Positions 25,421 through 36,800 of a stretch of 63,808 nucleotides of DNA are shown one piece after another. The translations under genes were made by a program, and so were the position numbers. This stretch comes from Octopus bimaculoides (lineage: Eukaryota): positions 65,740,119-65,803,926 of the forward strand of contig NC_068984.1 of the NCBI RefSeq assembly GCF_001194135.2, written 5' to 3'. Positions within the stretch are counted from its first letter, which is position 1. Every line of letters starts with the position of its first letter. The notes under the pieces were generated by a model. It was not told the DNA's origin. It did no database searches and saw only the letters and a list, made by a program, of their open reading frames with translations.

Positions 25421-26154
25421 TTAGTAGGACAAACATATTGTTAGTGTCTTTGCGATATTTACCTCACTGTGGTCGATATACTTAATAAATCAGCAGTCAA
25501 AATAATGTTTGCAATAAACTGTATTTGCATGTATATTATTTAGTGATGGTTAAACAAGTAGAAAAGCACTCGATTTTTAAGAGATTAAAGATTCTAGAAA
25601 AAAATAAAAACAACACCCAACAATCTTGTAATTACACCTATTCAGGTTTCCGTGGTCGAAATATTAATTTATTTCATCATATATCAAGACCGTTCGTCAG
25701 TTTTCTTTTGAGCAGATAACGGTTGTAAAGAAGAGAAAAATAAAAATACAAGGGGAATAACCAACGTTACACTAAGTCAATATCAAGCGGACGTAAACCA
25801 GATGTTCATGGTCTACTAAGTGTTCGGTGGTCTACTTTTAATTTCCGACACGATATAGTTTTTGTATTACGGTCATACAGAACACATCTTGTTCCTCGAA
25901 TTTATGCATTCGTTTGAGGTTTTCAAGTTTTTGTTTTAATACATACAGATTTTCGAGCCAACATACTGATCGACTTTTAGACACGTTGAATAGGGTCTGG
26001 ATTTTGACGGGATTTTTCAGTTAATGCCGAAACTGGTCCCTTCGTCTTTAAGTTTCCACTAGTGTATACATTTATGAGATTTTTTGTTTTCAGCCAGGAA
26101 TATTAATTTTTTTTTATATGCAGAGTTAACTGCAGAGGGGATTGCTCTGCTAAT

Positions 26155-26225
26155 GACTGGGCATTCCATTAACACGCGTATTGTTAACATAATACTCGGG
26201 TTGAATAAGGTGTGACCCATGCTAT
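26155..26225 (+). mobile_element. Possible mariner transposase fragment
   Basis: IVNIILGLNKV resembles the mariner IL...LGL.KVCARWVP linker. Confidence 0.3.
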
Positions 26226-26530
26226 AAGTAGGCTACAGAAAAACGAAAACAAAAACACCATGCGCGTCTAAAGAGTTTCCAATTACGAAATTGCATTCAC
26301 AAAGTGTATCGAGCTGAGGATAAAGAGAACGATATTCGTTAGGAAATCTGGTGTAGCAACACACTTATATTGCCGTTTACATAACAACTATGTCTTAACG
26401 TAACAGTCATTGCTTGTGAAATATATATAATTCAGCACAGTGTAGTATAAACAAATTAACAATTCATGCTTTATTCTCTTCTTGAATACACACGTAGAAA
26501 CCCAGAGATATATACGAATGCACACACACA

Positions 26531-26576
<46 letters not shown>

Positions 26577-26954
26577 GAAATATATACGCATATATGTTTA
26601 TGCATGTGTGTATAGGATGTGCGTGTGTGTTTGTGCGCCTGCTAGTATACATATATTTGATGGAAACTTATTGTATATAAAGTTTAATCGCATATTCTAT
26701 TAAAACTACTGACTTCGTGAGAAAGTTATTCTTTTATTTCATTAATATTTTTAAACTTCGCATTTAGATTCGAATATATACTACGCTATCTTGAATACAA
26801 ATGTCCCTAAGAAATCTTGTGGACGGAGACCGAATTTCAAAAGGTAAATTATTATTTTTTTTATGTTTCCTTTTTTTTTAAATACATATTAGCGAGGGAA
26901 ACAGTATTAATACAGAATGATAGTCTTTTTCAAACTACTAAATATGGATATATT

Positions 26955-27160
26955 TACTTCTTTATTACCCACAGGGGGGCTAAACATAGAAGGAACAAAC
27001 AAGGACAGACCCCAGTGCGTAACTAGTACTTATTTAATCGACCCTGAAAGGATGAAAGGCAAAGTCGACCTCGGAGGAATTAAACTGAAAACTTAACGGC
27101 AGATGAAATACCGCTAAGCCTTTTGCCCGGCGTGCTAACGATTCTGCCATCTCACTGCCC
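26955..27160 (-). mobile_element. SINE family C copy (well preserved, CpGs retained)
   Basis: cgaccctgaaaggatgaaaggcaaagtcgacctcgg..gaaataccgctaagcc..cccggcgtgctaacgattctgcc. Confidence 0.8.
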
Positions 27161-28399
27161 TCTCAATGTCGATATATTGTTGCATCGACAAATACCGCAT
27201 GTACGTATAATTTCCTGGTGAGGTCTTCTCAGACAGCCGCAGTGTGTTAAGGGCATAAGCATATAAGTTTAGTAGTTGAGAACCGTATGGCATGGGCACA
27301 GAAAGTGCTATATGACCTGGTACTCGCTGTCAGAGATCCGTTCATAGAGATGCATGGAGTAGAGGACAGAGATATATTGCTAGCAGAGGAGAACCGACTG
27401 ACGTCTGATTTATTCAAAAGGTCATTGGTAATCGGCAGACCACAGGACATTCTGAATGGTTGACATAACGAAAAATTACTTTCAGTTAACTTAGTAGTGA
27501 GGATCGAATAGTGATGGACCATATCTCGTGCGATCGGTTCTCGAGTAAGTTTAACGTTATTGGTTGCTAAGTTACAACCGTAGAATGAATGAATGAATAG
27601 TGATTCCATATTAAGGAATGTAATGTAATGCAAATTTCTATTCATTCAAATTATAGTAGACATATAATTTTAATTACTTGAGATTTCATTTTGTCAATGC
27701 ACGATTATATCTTCACTCACTTTGCCCCACATTGCTGTCATGCATGTAATTTTTTCACTATAAAATGGTTGTTTATCAGCTTATTGACACTGAGGTAAGA
27801 ATGTTCCATATGTTCTCCTCAGTGTACACAAGTGTTAACCACCATTGATTCAGATTCAGCTGTTCTCATCGTAAAGCATTAAAAGTTAATTCTATCATTT
27901 TGTTATGCGTAAGATAGAATTTTGTAAAAAAATGACATTTTACTCATCATGAATTATATATTGAAATAGAAATATCGGCGTCCGTTTTCCCAGCTTTAAT
28001 GCATCAATATTTAAACCGAAGTAATACTATCACATTAGTAGATCATGTTACAGTTTTTATTTTATTTGAATTGTTTGCTTTTTTTTTGTTTTAACAATAT
28101 TGATACGATGGTTATCTTTGTAAGATTATGCACATTGGATAATTGTATAATTCTTTTATATTCAGTGTTTTAGATTTATATCAATCCATTTATGATCACA
28201 CTGTCACACGTAAAAATAACCACACGTACATACACACTGATAAACACACACCCTGTATATAATTTTATATGTATATGTATATATATAAATATATACCTAG
28301 AAAAATAATAAAAAAAGAAGAGCAGTGCATATGTAATGGAAAACATCAGCAATGCCTGTGCAAACTGTTAGGACCATTAAGGTTTGTATGACACCTCAC

Positions 28400-29590
28400 A
28401 GATCCTCTCTACACTATTGACATTATCCACAAGCAGAAGCAAGATGCCTGGTGCCAATATGAGTTCCAGGCTTAGGGATGTGGGAGTGCCATGATTTCAA
28501 GCATAAGCAAAAGAGCCCCAAAATGTCCGATGTCATTCCCTACATAGCCTGTTTTATATCGGAGTAGCCTTCTCTTAAATACATGCTTCAACAAGAGCTA
28601 ACGGGTACCTCACTCCCAGTGGTCATCCAGCATGACAGACACCATCCCGGAATGTTTGCGTACCCGTGCAATTACTAGATAGTCGTTGAACCAGCACTGC
28701 GTTCCATCCAGCGTTTTACCAGATCTTGCTTTTAGTCCAGATATATTTTTAGCAACCCTCCTCACCCACTAAGCCTAGTGGAGGTACGGGTTTAGTCGCC
28801 GACAACCCAACCGTCCAAAAGTTTGTACTGTGTTCCATGATACCAGTAGCACTTATGAGAACTTCACAAGTGACCTGACATAATATTTGTCTATTTGGGC
28901 AGTACACTCAGCCGGGTTTGCTACTTGGATTATGAAATATCTTTCAGACTGCAGAGAGCAGCTGATTACATCAGGTCTCCTGAATTTCGTGTCTGGTGCC
29001 AAAATGGCATCACAAGTCGAACAAAAGTTGCTATGTACCGTGCATGTGTACTGACATCGCTCCTTACACATGTTGGCTGGACCTTAAGAACTCAAGATAC
29101 ACAGGTCCTGATAAAAACCGATATTTTGAGTATTGTGGTGATGGTGCACAAACACCCGTTACGTTGGACTGGTCACATTGTTAGAATGATTGATAGCAGG
29201 TTCCCTAAACAGATGCTGTATGGGGGAAATTGTTAGTCGAAAGCGACGCTGGCAGAAGACAAGTTTGTGATTTTAGGACTGTGTAAAGTCCTCATTAAAG
29301 GTCTGTGAAATGCGGGACGCTGACTGGGAGAGCAATGCTTGTCGTTACCACAGATGGAGGAAGCAGGTAATGATGTAAGTCGATACCTTTGAAAGGCCAC
29401 ACATTCTTCATGAAGAATTTAAGTGTGCTGATCGAAAACGCACTGGTAGTATAATGAGTGGAGAAAACTTAGTCTTCTAAGTTTGCAGTCGTGTATATTT
29501 GTCAAGAGCAGGTCAAGTTAGTCACTAACGGAGCCGCAAATATAAGTAGTCTTAAACGCACAACGTTTCTAAAGGTCACTAGAGGACGGC
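28400..29590 (+). mobile_element. RTE-clade (BovB-like) LINE, apparently internally deleted
   Basis: A GC-richer putative 5' region (28400-28830) joins directly to YLGSTLS..DYEISFRLQRA..TKVAMYRACVLTSLL..LRWTGHIVRMIDSRFPKQMLYG..DCVKSSLK, followed by a terminal C2H2-like CSRVYLSRAGQVSH. Confidence 0.85.
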
Positions 29591-29617
29591 CGCCATGAAT
29601 GTATGTATTTGTGTGTG

Positions 29618-29658
<41 letters not shown>

Positions 29659-29788
29659 GAATATAAGAATATGTATTTATATATATGTGTATATATATCC
29701 ATATCTATCTATCTGTATCTATCTAACTATCTATCTCTCTCTATATATATATCTATCTATCTTTCTTCGTCTAACTCTCTCCCCCCCT

Positions 29789-29888
29789 NNNNNNNNNNNN
29801 NNNNNNNNNNNNNNNNNNNNNNNNNNNNNNNNNNNNNNNNNNNNNNNNNNNNNNNNNNNNNNNNNNNNNNNNNNNNNNNNNNNNNNNN
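29789..29888. other. Assembly gap flanked by simple repeats
   Basis: N run. Confidence 1.
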
Positions 29889-29926
<38 letters not shown>

Positions 29927-29944
29927 CACATGAATATATTTATG

Positions 29945-30160
29945 TGTGTGTCTGTGCTTGTCACCCTCCATCACTTGATAACCGATGCTGGTGTTTATGT
30001 CCCGGTAATCTAGCAGTTAAGCAAAAGAGACTGATAGAATAAGTACTAGGCTTACAAAGAATAAGTCCTGGGGTTGATTTCTTTGACTAACACCCTTTAA
30101 AGCAGTGCTCCAGCATGGCCTCAGTCAAATGACTGAAACAAGTAAGAGAATAAAAGAACA
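29945..30160 (+). mobile_element. SINE family A, 3' half
   Basis: gataaccgatgctggtgtttatgtccc..gatagaataagtactaggcttacaaagaataagtcctgggg..ccagcatggcc..tgactgaaacaagtaa matches 55230-55432. Confidence 0.85.
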
Positions 30161-30214
30161 GTATATAAAAAGAATAACAAAATAAAAGTTCTTATTATTG
30201 TTGTTGTTAACACA

Positions 30215-30320
30215 GTGAGATGGTAGGTTTGTTAACATGCCAGGTAAAATGCTTAGTAACATTTCGACCACTTTTATGGGCTGAGTTCAAATTCCATTAG
30301 AGTTGACTTTACCTTTTAGA
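30215..30320 (+). mobile_element. SINE family C 5' part (CpG-decayed)
   Basis: ccaggtaaaatgcttagt..ctgagttcaaattccattagagttgactttacctttt. Confidence 0.6.
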
Positions 30321-31078
30321 AGGAGGAGGAGGAGAAGAAGGAGGAGGAAGAAGAAAGAGGGGAAGAAGAAGCAGAGTAGTATCAATACTCAAGCAATATA
30401 ACTGGTATTACCCAGCACGAAAAACATATTTTCCATCATAATTAGTACACCTCTGTTACAAATAATATTTATCTGTATGATTTTCATCAGTCTTTCTGAC
30501 AATAGAATGCATATTCATTGGCAGTGAACTTCAACTTTATGCATTATAGAACACACAGATAGAATGAAAACTATTTCACAAACTGAAGGAATGACAAAAA
30601 GTATAATTGAAAAACAGAATGAACAGAACAATTAGATGATTAGAAAGAGGATAAATCGATAATAATCAAAAATAACTGTCAAATCTAGAAAGCAGTTCTC
30701 TAAAAGAAAAAAAGAAAAAAATGTGAGAGACCATTTAGTCCTGAATTTCCTAATTTAAAGAACATCAATAAGCAAAATAAAAATAATTGCTGATATGCAA
30801 AAGGTATAAATTAGAAAATTAAAAAAAGCAGCATTCTTATATTTGTATATAATGAATTACCCAAAATATATAAAAGAAATCTGTTTCATCTCAGCTACAT
30901 TTATAACAATCTTAGAATCCAAATATATGGATGGCATGTATTGGAAAGGAATTTACACTTAAAAGTTGTTCACTCCTGATAGACTAAAGCCATTTGGAAG
31001 GTACACATCTCTTCACCAACATATTCATGTGTGACATCATACATGTGTACAAAGTTTATATATATACATATACATTTA

Positions 31079-31120
<42 letters not shown>

Positions 31121-31546
31121 TATAGACAGATAGATAGATATAGATATGAAGATACATACACACAAGATATAAAAAGCCTTCAGAAGTCAGCAGAATAATA
31201 TATATTAATAAATTAATAAGAGATTACTGTCAAAAGAAAATGTTTATTAATAAAAGTTCACTGTCAGTGAAAATAAAAATATGATAAAACAGAACCAAGT
31301 TTATTGATTAAATCTAGCATTTTCATCCATCTTGGGACTTTGTAAAGTTATTGCCAAGAAACGTTATTATTTGTTTCTCTTTAAGTGAAGCAGGTATACA
31401 TTCATTTTCAAAGAAAATTTGCTTATAAATGATTTTGTATTTCTTTCTGGTATTATGGATCGTCTCAAGAACATTTATCAAAATGAAATATTTTCATTTT
31501 GCTATTCCTGCAAATTGCTAAATAATCACTAACAGGTATTTTTCTG

Positions 31547-31578
<32 letters not shown>

Positions 31579-31591
31579 TTACAGATTAAGT

Positions 31592-31749
31592 GGTGCAAGT
31601 GTGGCTCTATGATTTGAAAGTTTGCTTCCAAACCACATGGTCTCAAGTTCAGTCTCACTTTGTGGCATCTTGGGTAAGTGTCTTCTAGGACAGCCCCTTG
31701 CTGACCAAAGTCTCGTGAGTATATATGGTAAAGAGAAACTGAATGAAGC

Positions 31750-31755
<6 letters not shown>
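31592..31755 (+). mobile_element. SINE family A, 5' half ending in (TA)n
   Basis: gtggct..ttgcttccaaaccacatggtc..agttcagtctcact..tgggtaagtgtcttcta. Confidence 0.75.
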
Positions 31756-31792
<37 letters not shown>

Positions 31793-32154
31793 ATAATATT
31801 AGAGAATAGAAAATTTATTCCAACCTTACAGGCAAAAATCGGTATAATATTATACTGGGTTTCCTAATATATAATATATATGTATATAACTAATTTAGAG
31901 ATGAACCACCACTCTAGAACTGAGTCAACTCAGAACACGTCCAAATCCATGCTGTGAGGCATATACCATATCAATATATTTAATATTTTAATCTAAAAAT
32001 TTACATTAAATAACATATTACATAAATAAATCATATAAATAAATCATAGAAATATTAATTTAAAAAATTCAAAATTCAAATTTATAAATAGGACAGTAAA
32101 AATTAATACGATAATATACAGTATGGAAGTATAAATGTAAAAAGTTATACACAG

Positions 32155-32445
32155 TGAAGGTACATGGCCTAGTGGTTGTGGTATTGCACTTATAATTGCT
32201 AGATCATGGGTTTGATTCCTAGAACAAGCAGTGCTTTATGTTCTTGAGCAAAACACTTCATTTCATGTTGCTCCAGCTCACTCAGTTGTAAATGGGTAAC
32301 CCTGTGAACGAATATCCTCCCAATAACAGGGGATTTGTCCTGCCCATCTGGCCAGCAAGATGGCATCATTTCAAAGCTAAAAACATCTAAAGTACATTGT
32401 GACCAGTGATGCATAACATCTAATTTTCTAGTCAGTACTGTGATA
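32155..32445 (+). mobile_element. tRNA-headed SINE family B (CORE/V-like central domain)
   Basis: A box tggcctagtgg, B box ggtttgattcc, then gttcttgagcaaaacacttcatttcatgttgctccagctcactcagttgtaaatgggtaacc. Confidence 0.75.
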
Positions 32446-32577
32446 TCATGAATATATATATACTCACACACATAAGCAAGTTAACAAATGAAAAAAAGTA
32501 GTACTCAATACATTTGGTTCGGAGTTACAGATTTAATAAATTTGACTCAGATATTCACAACTTGCAATAACTCTCTT

Positions 32578-32977
32578 TTACTCTTTTATTCTTTTACTTG
32601 TTTCAGTCTTTTGACTGTGGCCATGCTGGAGCACTGCCTTTAGTCGAACAAATCGACCACAGGACTTATTCTTTAGAAGCCTAGTACTTATTCTATCGGT
32701 CTCTTTTGCCAAACCGCTAAGTTACAGGGACATAAACACATCAGCATCGGTTGTCAAGCGATGTTTGGGGGACAAACACAGACACACAGACACATACATA
32801 TATATATACATATATACGACGGGCTTCTTTCAGTTTCCGTCTACCAAATCCACTCACAAGGCTTTGGTCGGCCCGAGGCTATAGTAGAAGACACTTGCCC
32901 AATATGCCATGCAGTGGGACTGAACCCGGGACCATGTGGTTGGTAAGCAAGCTACTTACCACACAGCCACTCCTACG
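32578..32977 (-). mobile_element. SINE family A, full length, young
   Basis: Reverse complement of 55021-55432, including the internal (TA/CA)n spacer; most CpGs intact. Confidence 0.92.
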
Positions 32978-35374
32978 CCTCTCAACGAAATTTGTTAAGT
33001 CCTACGTATTTTGATTTCTTCACTCACTCGCATGTGCATGCATGCATGTGTGTGTGTGTGTGTGGATATGCCTTTTATTCTAAACACCTACACACAATAT
33101 ACACATGTACACACATATTTTTAGCAAAGATCTATCATATTACAAACAGCATGCATGTGCATACATACAAGTGTGTGTGTGTGTGCTTGTGTTTGAGCTT
33201 GCATTTATAACAATAGTTAAATGATAGATGGTTATGAACAATGTCACTCCTAAGGTGTGTATTTTGAGTATGTCACTTACCCCTGTCATCACATTATTAG
33301 GTTGAACATGATTGACTATCTCTTAAACAGTCTTAACTATCTCTGTGGAAGCTGAACAACTTGCAATTGTGTAGCAACAATGCAAATGTCAACAGAACAG
33401 TAATTCAGATTGTTGTAGCATGTATATGCAGTATACACGCATACACGAGCCATCAAAATATCTGATACTGCCAGTAATTTGTAACATGAATATTAGTTTT
33501 TTTGTTATTTTTGATTTTAATGTGATGACATTCAATCTATTCCCATGTTGATGTATATTCATTAATAATTTATTCTCTATCAAGAAAACAGTTGTAATTC
33601 TAATAAACTGTAATTTCTTTTGCTTCTTTTACCTAACATATCTCACACGTAAATACAACCTCAATTACTATCAAAACCATTTCTGCCTTTAATTTTCTAA
33701 TACAATACACTGAAATATAAAACTCACATGTGAAGATATAAAAAAAAGGTTCTGCTAAAATTGGGAAAATATTTGATAAACAATCAAGTAATATACATGA
33801 CATGAGTCTCCTCCTGAATTGATACTTACATTTAATAACACTACACATCAAAAATGTTAGTAAATTCATACTTAAAATAATTATCTATTTTTTTCAGAGT
33901 ATGACAAACAAAAGGTAGAAGAAAAGCAATAAATTCTCCCCTTTCTCGACCATTTTTGCCTTTAGGCCTCTTTGATTCCTAGTTCACTCAAGTGGACTCT
34001 CATAACTATTCAATGTTTAAACAAATCATATTATAAAAGATATCTCTTCATTTTTCTCTTCATTGCTCAATTCTACAATCTTTCACTCTTAGCCTTTGGT
34101 TTCCCCATCGATAAATTGCTAATCCCCCAAGTATCACCTCCTTCTACCTGTTCATTCTTTCCTCCTAGCTCAGCTTTACTTCTCTTTGCATAGCACCCCT
34201 TCTCACCATCCTACTATGGCATCACCCTGTTATCTCTCTGTACTAAATCATATTATATCTTTATACTTAAATATTATGCGGAATTGTATTAAAAATAGTT
34301 GTTAAAATATTTTGTGTGATGTAGAAGTATAATCAATTTATTGCACAGACATTTTAACAACAAAATCTTATATGGATAACCAAGGATCTTGTGGACCCTG
34401 ATTGAGAACCACTTCTTTATACTGTATCAACTTCAAATACAAGACCCAGTTCTGTTACCCTAAATAGTGTGTCATTAAAATAATATTCCTTATAAATTTA
34501 TAATGTATTCCTTATAAATTAGCATTGTGTATTCGACAGCTTTTCTAGATATAGCAGTTGGTTTCACAAACATTCTTAAGCTTTGTAATTTGAAATGCAT
34601 CTCCTTTAATGAATTATCCATAAATAATGTGTATTATACTTTATTTGAACTGATATAATTCAATGTATTGGATCTATGATTTATGATGGTTTTTATAGCC
34701 ATTCTTTCTCCTCTCTTCTTGACAATATGTGATGAACCAAAATGTTTTGTAAATGTCCTGATAGGAAATGTCATACTACTGTCCACATTTGAAAATCACC
34801 AATCTTCATACCAATAAACATTAAGAAGCGGAAACGTTAAAAGAATAAAAAAGGAAATAATATGAGAAAATATAAAATAAAAGCAATAATGAAGTAGTAG
34901 CTTAGACTTTTAAACAATGATCGAAAAGCTGATATTAAATGAAGGCAGGCAGCTGCATAGTAGTGAATGAATACGGTTGTATAAATATAAATTGAGAGTA
35001 GTCAAGCTTCATTAGACTAACAGTAATAAAAACAACTTCATACTTTCAAAAGATATTTAATAAGTCTAGCAATAGTACCAGAAACACAATATGAATGATA
35101 CGTTTACATTGTTATAAGACACAGAAATGCTTTTTTTTGTTTTTGAAGTATCAAGTAAACTAGGTAGTAGTTACTTTAACTGAACAATGTGCCTTTAATA
35201 TCATTACCTTTGAATTAGTGATAAATGCAATCAGATATCGTCCATGAATTCACTATATATGTTAAGTTGTTTGTTAAAAGTCTTTTAGTTAACTAATCAG
35301 TGTAATAAATATCAGAAAATAATATAGTATATTCTTTGTGAACGTGATTGTTTATTTTTCTTTCTGTAATATCT

Positions 35375-35930
35375 ATCCAGCCAACCAGCCATTCATTTTC
35401 CCCACCCATTATTCCTGTGAGGGTCATGAGGGTAGAGTCCTCAGGCACCTCCTCCATAGGGTCCTCTCAGAAGCAACCATCATTAGCTTTTCCAGCTGGA
35501 TTCGCAAACAGGACTGACTGAGACTATAGGTTTTATCCAACCCTTAAGTCTCCAGCTGCTTGTCTTGAATCCATCCTGTTATTCTTTCCTGTGACATTCT
35601 AATAACATGTCCAGCATGCATGTGCTATGACCTCTCAATGAGCAGAAGTAGTGGCCCAACCTCAAGAGACTTCCCATTCTCCAAGTTATGCACCCTGTCA
35701 AGTAATGTTACTCCAAAAATTCTTTGGAGGAACCCCATTTTGGCCACTTGCATTCATAATCACATGCTTTTGATCATTATCCAACATTCATGACCATAAG
35801 TGAGGACAGGTACAAAAACTGAAGTGATGAGTTTGGCCTTCTAACTAATCTCTCCTCTTCTGAGGACCCAATACTGGTGCTGACACACCTGCAATTCTAG
35901 CATCTAATTCAGACTCCTGCCCTCCAATTC
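35375..35930 (-). mobile_element. RTE-clade LINE 3' fragment (Rex3/Expander-like)
   Basis: ELDARIA..KAKL..VFVPVLTYGHECWIM..QVAKMGFLQRI.GVTLLDRV..HAGHVIRM; tail of (gaat/ggct)-like repeats. Confidence 0.85.
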
Positions 35931-36544
35931 ACATGGTTTGAACAGTTCAAATTTAAACATCCTAACAATATTTTCATACTATTTCAACCAATCTTGTTTT
36001 CATGCACCTGTTACGATACAATATATTAAAATAGTAAATATTCTTTATTTTATAGGGAAAAGATTTTATTTTGAAGTGATTGTTTCCTCAACTATGATAC
36101 TGATAAATAGCTCAATGAAAATAAAATAAAAATGACCTAATTACCAAGAGTGACATGAATTATATATACCAAATAAATAACTTACACTATTGATTATATT
36201 ACCATTAGCAGCTGCGAGGTAATAAGTGATTTTAAGGAAATCAACAGAGATCAATCATTTTCTAAAACCATAATTATGTTAAGAAAACAAGATCTTTTAT
36301 CTCAGAAAAAAAAAATTAAATGAAAGACTGTTAATATTTATACAAACTTAGGATTCTTGAAAGAATTTCATACACATCCCACATCTATCTGAAAACAACT
36401 TTTGAAGTATAGTCAAAAATTTTTGTCATAAGAGAAAATATTCATTTTAGTCAAATATGAAGATATCTGAATTTTACTTTCCATGTGTGTTTATAATAGT
36501 ATATTTTCTACTTTCATTAAATATATACACATAAAAGAAGTATA

Positions 36545-36800
36545 TTCCTAAAATCACGTGATCACATGACTTACCAGGTCACCAGATGTTGTTACACATC
36601 ACTGGTCACAATGAGCTTTGCATTGTTTTAGCCTTCAAAAGACGTCACCCTGCTGGCTAGGAAAGCAGGCAGCCAATCCTCACTGACTGAAGGGGAACTG
36701 CAGTGATGTGAAACAAAGTGTTTTGCTCAAGAACACAATGTGCTACCCAATCAGGGAATTGAACCCATGATCTAGCAATCATGAGTACAACAACCTAGCC
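36545..36800 (-). mobile_element. SINE family B copy
   Basis: Reverse-strand match to 32155-32445 (gtgttttgctcaagaacac; gggaattgaaccc B box). Confidence 0.75.

Noticed and set aside
25640-25705. Minus-strand ctgacgaacggtc..gaccacggaaac, hammerhead-like
   Set aside because: Stem II is bulged with a very long loop, and no NUH or stem I partner follows.
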